Source: Eledone cirrhosa (taxonomy: Eukaryota). Taken from it: 64,000 nucleotides of DNA. The stretch lies in NCBI GenBank assembly GCA_964016885.1, contig OZ024740.1:167338001-167402000 (forward strand), read 5' to 3'. The notes beneath the pieces are model-generated. The model ran no database searches. It was not told where the DNA came from and was given only the letters and a program-made list of their open reading frames with translations. Numbering within the stretch: position 1 is the first letter of the stretch; the number at the start of each line of letters is the position of its first letter. The translations under genes and the position numbers were made by a program. Below are positions 56,220-64,000 of this stretch, one piece after another.

Positions 56220-58690
56220 TTTCTTTATTAGCAACAGGGGCACAAAGAAGGGGACAAATACAAAGGGGGAAGTTTACATACAATAAACACGTGTAAAATA
56301 TTATCACAAATGTAATTTAAAAGTTAATCGATTTTCCCCAATAGGGGGAGACATTTCATATGGATAACACATACCCACGTTAAAAAAGTGCAACCCTCAT
56401 CTCCAGGAGTACGAAGAGTTTGTACCACTTTCCTCTCTTCCTCCTTTTCCTCAACCTACAGGCTGATATAGAGAAAAGGCCCATTCACTCGGGCCATTCT
56501 CGCCACTTTCCCCCACCATTCATAAAACCGGAAAGAAAGGTGTCTGACCTCAGCCCTTTTAACCTCGTCCACCATACAACCTCTTCTGCCATAGCTATCA
56601 CACAAAGGAAAACCGCCTCTCCTTCGTTTTTGAAGGAGGGTGGCGGTTTGATTATGACAATGGACTCGGTGGTCAACTGGATTGGTCCCACCCGCGACAA
56701 TAGTCGTTCTACATAGCCCCACAGGTCAGTAACGTCCGGGCAGTGTACAAATGCGTGCGCGACGGTTTCCTCTTCGCGCACGCATCTCGGACAGATCTTT
56801 TTAGAAGGGTACCTGCCCCGGCGCCCGTGTCTGTAGAGCTTGTCTCGAACTGGTAGAGCTCCTCGATAGCACTGCCAGGACAGGGACTTTTGGAAGTTGT
56901 CCATCGGTCCCAGGCGGAAGGTTCTACCGAACAGACTGGCCAGTTCGTCTTCATCTACGCCCAGAGTTTCTCCGAGCGCGTCGTCGCACTTGCTGCGAAC
57001 CAATCCTCTATAGAATGACGAAGTGAAGTCTCCACTGATCGCCGGGTCCGCTTGAACCAGGACTGCAGCCTGGAAAGCGAGATGAGTTGTGGGAATGCTC
57101 GCCTCACGAACGGGGTCCTCACTGGTTGTCCGGTGAGGAATACGTGGTGGTGCCGCAGCCTGAGCGCTTGTTTGCGCATCGTCAGCCACGGCACCCTAGC
57201 CCTCCGTTTGAAGGGTGTTGGCAGCAGATGGATCTTCTCACCAAAGGAGCCCGCTTCTTCCAAAGGAATTGGAAGAGCGCGCGCTCCATTTTGGTGAGCG
57301 TTTTGGCTGGACAAGGCACGACGGTCAAGCGGTAGTAGATGACGGACGCTATAAAAGTCTTCGCCACCTCCGCTCGACCTTTCAAGGATAGTTTGCATCG
57401 GCCCACTTCTGGGTGATTGCAAACACCTTGGCCGTCACCTCGTTCTAGTTCTTCTCCACCTGGAGGTCGGACCAAACCAGACCCCGAGCAGCTTTACTGG
57501 TCCTTCCGTCCAGCGTCCGACGACGCCATCGGAAGGCATCGGTTTGCCCCTCCACGATCCGAGTTGCAAACCGATGGACTTGTTCCGGTTCAGCTTCGCT
57601 CCTGTGACCTTTAGTATTCCTTCAGTAAGGTGCCGACTTCCTCGAATTGCGACGTGCTCGACACCATAACTGTCATGTCGTCGGCGTAGGCCGACGCCGC
57701 TTTCCGCAGTCCCGGTTCCAGAAGGAAGCCATGCAATAGCTCCAATTTCCGCAGTAGTGGCTCGAGAGTCAGTACGTACAGAAGGAAGGAGAGAGGGCAT
57801 CCCTCTCGAATGGATCGCGTGATATGGGACGGTTCTTGGAGGTAGCCGTTCACCTTGAGCCTTGAGCAGTTGTTGCTGTTGTGCATTGCAGCAACCCAAA
57901 CCCTGAACACGAGTCCGAAGCCTGCCGCCTCGGACACCGCATCCAGGTAACGATGGTCAACCCAATCGAAAGCTTTAGACTGATCCAAGTTGATCAGAGC
58001 CCCACCTAAGCCGGGTTTACATCCTACCCTCTCTATGATGTCTCGCATGAGGTGGAGGTTGTCGTGTATGGACCTGATCGGTATTGCGCATGTCTGCGCT
58101 TCTTCCACCAGGTTTTCGACGACAAGCGCCAGCCTCTTTGCCAACACCTTGGCTAAAATCTGTAACTCTGTGTTTAGCAGAGTTATGGGCCGGAAGTTGC
58201 CTATGTCATCCCCCTTATTCTCGTCCTTCCTGACTAGTGTGACTACGCCCCTGGTCACAGAACTGGGAATTCTCCCGTTATGTTGCCAGTTGCAGTAGAC
58301 CGCTTCCAGGAGACCGGAGAACAAGTCCGGCATTGCTACGTAAAATTCGTAGGGTAGACCGTCGAGACCTGGAGATTTGCGTTTGTCGCATTGGCTCAGC
58401 GCGTTCCCTATCTCAGCGGCTGAAATCGGCTTTGCGCAGAACTTCGCCTCGCTCTCCGAGAGTCGCGGTAGGCCGTCGTGGTATGGACCAAAATTCATAG
58501 CCCCTCCCGGCGCGCCACCCTGCCCGAACAGCTGAGCAAAGTGCTGCTGAAAGGCCGCGCACATCTGCTTCGGCTCACGTATCACGCGTCCGTCTTGGTC
58601 CTTCAAAGACCGAATCGTGGACTTGTTGCCACTATTCGCCTCGTCACCCGGGCCCAGCTAACAGCTTTGGCTCCCTCGTTACCCAGAGCA
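56220..58690 (-). mobile_element. 5'-truncated, frameshifted L1/Tx1-clade LINE of a distinct subfamily
   Basis: ORF 57611..58606(-) has KSPGLDGLPYEFY, FRPITLLN, LDQSKAFD and YADD; ORF 56485..57189 has CPRC..H..C; 3' end cccctgttgctaataaagaaac. Confidence 0.92.
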
Positions 58691-60208
58691 CGTGTTTTGC
58701 TTCTGATAGCTGCTAGTTTAGTGTTGGTAGTAAAAGAGATACATTTCTTCTGAGATAGTGTATACATTAAGCTAAGATGTATAAAGAGATACCTACCTTT
58801 TCTGCCTATGGAAATTGTAGACGTTTTCTAACGTTTTATGCAATCTTTGGAATCGGCAAATTAGACTTACTTACTATTCAGGTTTAGAATTCATTAAATC
58901 TAGTCATATGAAATTGATATTATAAAAGATACCTGTCTAGAAATAAATGTTAACAATGACTATCAATGGATTCATTTAGCTAAACATAAGTTACCTGTCT
59001 AAGGAACCAGACTGAGACATAGAGATGTTATAAGATTTAATCACCTGAAACAACAAAATATTGAATTCATAAACCCTATGTTCAGTATCAGGCTCTGTCT
59101 ATTCACAACTCAATTTCTTTGAGAAGAAGGTTATAGGCAGCCGTGTTGGCAATGGTGTATTACTAGCATTGAAGTGTTTATCGTGGCGATAATGGAATCT
59201 AAGAAATAGTAGATCGAAAAATGTCGGAAAAAAACACAGATATGCTTTCTATAGGCTGATAAAATCAATGAAAAAGGAAGTCTATTTGATCAACGTAAAC
59301 CAGTTGTTGGTTTGTGTACAGTATTTCCATATAAGTGTTAATAAAATATTTACGAATAATAGAACACGTATCCACATGTATGTATGTATGCATGTGTGTG
59401 TATGTATGTATTTATATATTTAAGCATGTATGTATGCATATATATGTAAGCAGGTATGTATGCATATATATGTAAGCAGGTATGTATGCATGCATGTATG
59501 TATGCATGCAGACATCCATGCAGACACTATGTGTGCATATGTATATATGTGCATATGTGTGTAAAAATGTATTTCGATATTGAATAAAACGGAAACGTTT
59601 ACGGTTGCAACTACTATAGTTCCTTTTTAGGATTATCAAATTGCAATGAGAATATGTAGGAAGTATAGGGCATGTATATATAGAGTTCATGAAAAGCAAA
59701 AAAAAACATGCATAAAGGGAATACGAAATGAATGTTCAAAGATGCACAAATGAAATTAGCAGGTGAAGTAAATGAACTCATCATCAGGTGAAATTCAAAT
59801 TATTGACTAAAATAGGATTAGTTTATGTATTTATAAAGCGGTTAGGCTGAAAAAATAACAATTCCCTGGAGCGGGATTTTCGCATTATAAAATGTCTCGT
59901 TTATACATTTTCTTTCGGTAAGACACGTATTGGGGAGGAAATTTGTTGTTTTTTTCAACCTCTCATAGGGTTGCGTGACCCGAATGCCTCTTCGCTTCTT
60001 TAATTATAGAATTCATATTCCTTGATAGTATTGAAGGCCCATTCATTAGCAATGAAAAGGGATTTCTATATCTTTGTCCGATAATTGGTTTAAAATATTT
60101 GGATAATTCTGAATAACACTTTAAAAAATCGAAATTTGAAACATATATGTGATGATATAAATGCAAAGTATACAAGCCTTTTGGGGTATAATGTATGGTA
60201 AATATATT

Positions 60209-60643
60209 ACTAGACCTGAAAAATTCGCAAGCTCAAAAGAGCCACAGAATGTTATAATAGACCTTCAAAAGTGTGGGACTAGAGTTGTTGCTCAAAAATA
60301 TTGTAATCATTATCTATCGTACACTCTTTTATAAAAAAGAGACTCATAACGAACTCAAGACGACACGATAATTATGTAAGCTAATGTTCAATATCTCATA
60401 TTAGATGTTTAGTAATGATTAATACGAAATTCACTTAAAACGAATTCTATATTATAAATTCACTTAAATAATTATCGTGTCCTCTTGAGTTCGTTAAGAG
60501 TCTCTTTTTATAAAAGGATGCCAGAGAGTGTACGATAGTCAATGATTACAATATTTCTGAGCAACAACTCTAGTCCCACACTTTTGAAGGTTTATTATAA
60601 CATTCTGTGGCTCTTTTGAGTTTCCGCATTTTTCAGGTCTAGT
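60209..60643. mobile_element. Foldback / MITE-like element with ~170-bp inverted arms
   Basis: actagacctgaaaaat...gacacgataattat (60209-60375) pairs with ataattatcgtgtc...atttttcaggtctagt (60468-60643); AT-rich spacer of ~90 bp. Confidence 0.85.
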
Positions 60644-60946
60644 TTAATATTTTTTAAGGCAACGCTTGTAATAACTCTAGTTAAACGTGATATATATATA
60701 TTAATAATAAATTATCGTTGTAATGTAATTAGATTATATAATTGTTATTTTATAAATGATCTTATAAATATTATTGTAAGATGTCTAAAAATATATTTCA
60801 GACTTTCAATATAAACAACTACAAAAAACAATCAATATTAAATAAATATATTTTACATAATAATTGTTATAGTTGAATTAATAAAAATTAAATATTACAT
60901 ACAAATAGTCTAACATAATAATAAAAACATAATCTAACATAATAAT

Positions 60947-61091
60947 GGTTTCTTACTTAGGCACAAGGCCAGCAATTTTGGGGTGAGGGAAAAGTCGAAG
61001 AAATTGACCCCAGTACGTGATTGGTACTTTATTTTATCGACCCCGTAAGGATGAAAGGCAAAGTTAACCTCGGCAGGATCTGAACTCAGAT
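60947..61091 (-). mobile_element. 5'-truncated SINE (32041-related) with 19-bp TSD
   Basis: TSD cataatctaacataataat at 60928-60946 and 61092-61110; Deu/Nin-like core on the minus strand. Confidence 0.88.
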
Positions 61092-62025
61092 CATAATCTA
61101 ACATAATAATAATCTAATAATCTAACATAAAACGAACAATAATATGGACAAATATACAAGTAAATATGATACAACAAATATTATAAGCATGTTATAACGA
61201 ACTGAAAAAAATAGTTAATATAAATTTAAAAAATCATATATAAATTAATAATACCAAAAGAAGAAAAATATTTTGATGATAAACGACGAAATACAGGAGG
61301 AAGATTCGAAAGCGAAACGATAAATCGACGTGCAAACAAAGTGGCGGATGCTTTTAAGCAACAATTACTCTCATTGGTTTATTAGCCAATAAGACGATAC
61401 ATTACAAAAGATGTTTGGCAGGGATCACTAAGGCCAATGAAAACCCTTGAATTTTTTATTCACCAGCTACGCATATATGTCAGAAGACACGCAGACTTAA
61501 AACATTATGTTGTTAGTCACTGCGTGTCTAACAGATTCAATTTTGCAAGTCATAGTTTGTGTTAACGTAATTCTTATATACAATCTAGAAACCGTATTAG
61601 TTACAAACATGTTGCAATAAATGATCTTTTTTTTTTCATAAGAATATATACTGTCGATGATACGTATGCTCGGGTTAGAAAAAATTGCAAGGTTTTTGAA
61701 AGTTACGTTGAAGAAGTTATTACTACTGGATAACAAACGTACAATTAAATGTAGTAATATAACAACATTATATTTAAAATTCGTGCTTGAAATATTATAA
61801 TGTCTACTACAGCCTAAGTGCATTCATCATCAATTATATTCTCGAAATTGTATCCCTTACATTGGTACGACTACAGCTCAAATTTGCAATTTTCCCAATG
61901 TATTTTAAACGGACTGGATATTTCATACGTACGTGTTCGTTTATACATGTATGCATGTATGTATATATGTATGTATATATACATGCATGCATGTATGTAT
62001 ATATGTATATATGTAAGTGTGAATG

Positions 62026-62460
62026 CATGTCAGGTCGCTTTCCAGTCCTACTGGTAACATGAAACCCTGTACAACCCGTCTCAAGGTCGGGTCGTAGGTG
62101 ACTAAATCAGCAACCCCACCAACCTTGGTGAGGAGGGTGATATTTGGACACCCTGCGGGATGATAAATAAGACCCGGCAAAGGGCGGAGGAACCCAGCAG
62201 AATCAATGGCCATCCAAATAGAACTAGTACATGTTTTCCCCTTGGAGTGAAAGGCTCCCAGTTGTTGTCACAACACCTTTCTAGGAGAGAGAAACGGAAA
62301 AACCCTGCGGCTTAGGAAGGACCCGATGATGTTGAACAGTTCTCCTTTTAGGGTAGTGTTTTTGATGCTCAGAGAGTGAGATTGGTCAGAGCAAGGCCTT
62401 TCCCCACGTAAATAAACCTCAAAGCACAACCATTGCTTGTTCAAGATCTGTTACAAGTTC
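62026..62460 (+). mobile_element. Probable isolated LINE 5' UTR (RTE-like) beginning with a degenerate HDV-like ribozyme fold
   Basis: GC-rich island between microsatellites; P2, P3, P4 and CTAA elements at 62026-62115; no ORF follows. Confidence 0.45.
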
Positions 62461-62786
62461 GTGTAGCTAAAAGTGCACCATTTTCTGTAATCTGACAAGC
62501 GATAGTAATACTCTTAGCAGAGTTTTGCAGCCATCATGTATGCATGTATGATTGTATGAATGTATATATGCATATAAGTATATATGTATGTACGGAGATA
62601 CGTATATCTCTCTATTTGTATTTATACAGATATAACAGTTGTTTTGTTGTAGGAAAAATTTTGAAATTTCTAACGAGCTTAAAATTCATAGAATATATTT
62701 TGGTATTCACAAATCAAATTTTACCTGATTGTGTATTGTAGAAAATGCAAGTAGTAGTTGATTGTGTACGTCCATGTGTAGTGGGG

Positions 62787-62832
62787 ATATATATATATAT
62801 ATATAATGTGTATATATATATATATATATATA

Positions 62833-62928
<96 letters not shown>

Positions 62929-63041
62929 GTGTATATATACATATATACACACATATATACATATGCATATATGTGTATATGTATATATATATATATTTAT
63001 ATATATATGTATATATATATATACACACATATATATATGCA

Positions 63042-63128
<87 letters not shown>

Positions 63129-63142
63129 ATATATATATATAC

Positions 63143-63179
<37 letters not shown>

Positions 63180-63190
63180 CATTTATATAA
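62787..63190. repeat. Long imperfect (TA)n/(TG)n microsatellite
   Basis: Direct reading. Confidence 0.95.
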
Positions 63191-64000
63191 AGAGAGAGAG
63201 AGAGGGGGGGCAAGAGCGAGGGAGAGAGATACAGACTGATAAACACTCTGACTGAAAGTCAGATAGATAGATAGATGCAAACAAAATTAAAAGATGGTGA
63301 AATAATAGAGATATAGATAAATTGTGAGGGTTGGAATGAAAGGGTGAAATCTAGAGTAAAGAAAGTAGAGATAGATATAAGTGAAGGAAAACGTTTTCCT
63401 CCCTTGTTTATCAATCGGTGGAACAGCACTCCTGACAGAATGTATAGGGTGTACATAGTACAGAGATAAATAGACATAGGGAGACACAGTGCGACAGAGA
63501 ATGAGTGTAGAGCTGAAAGAGAAGTGTGTGCTTGTAAAATGATGGAAGTCAATTGGTCGACTCTTGTTAACTTTTATCAAATTACTCATCTTGAGGCATT
63601 TAGATTTATTTGTTTCAGTTGTTTATTTTATATTTCCGATTCTGTGGCGTATTTTTATTCACTATGAGTCAATCATTGAACAAATTGTTAGTAGAATTCA
63701 TCAATCTCATCAACAATTCTTTCAAAATACGAATATTTAATTGACGACTAACTAGAAAAGGAAGCAATGTTTCAAAAGCAGCTATTTTCTCTCGTTACTA
63801 AACCATCCGTTCTAGTTTCCCCTCTTGTATACTTTTCTTTCTATCTTTCCTGTTTCTATTTTTAAACGATTTTCTATTTATATATTTTTATTTTCTATTC
63901 GCTCCACATTATTCCCATTGCATTTATTTTCTTCTCTTTTTGTATATAGAGATTCTTCATTTACAAACCAATGATCGACAAAGGTGAAACAATGTAAATC

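Overview
AT-rich, repeat-dominated eukaryotic (metazoan) DNA with no host protein-coding exon that I can support, so it is probably intergenic or deep intronic. The SINE types and dense (TA)n/(TAA)n/(CA)n microsatellites resemble coleoid cephalopod (octopus-like) genomes; this is recognition, not a database result. The first ~27 kb is a cluster of non-LTR retroelements: a near-intact L1/Tx1-clade element (ORF1 with zinc knuckle; ORF2 APE-RT-CCHC) embedded in (TTA)n, an older Tx1 copy, Dong/R4-type RLE elements in (TAA)n, an RTE-clade LINE with three C-terminal C2H2 fingers, and a Penelope-like (RT + GIY-YIG) element. The rest holds tRNA-derived SINEs with clean TSDs, LINE fragments, a foldback/MITE, a minisatellite derived from Tx1 RT sequence, and a 200-N gap. 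The most interesting signal is a recurring class of small ORF-less units next to (TA)n tracts with a 'direct repeat + inverted copy' architecture and hammerhead-ribozyme cores (best example 28974-30130). They look like non-autonomous Penelope-derived or retrozyme-like elements. Also notable are two unrelated LINE clades sharing (TAA)n with opposite polarity, and a degenerate HDV-like ribozyme at ~62030. All RNA structures were paired by eye.
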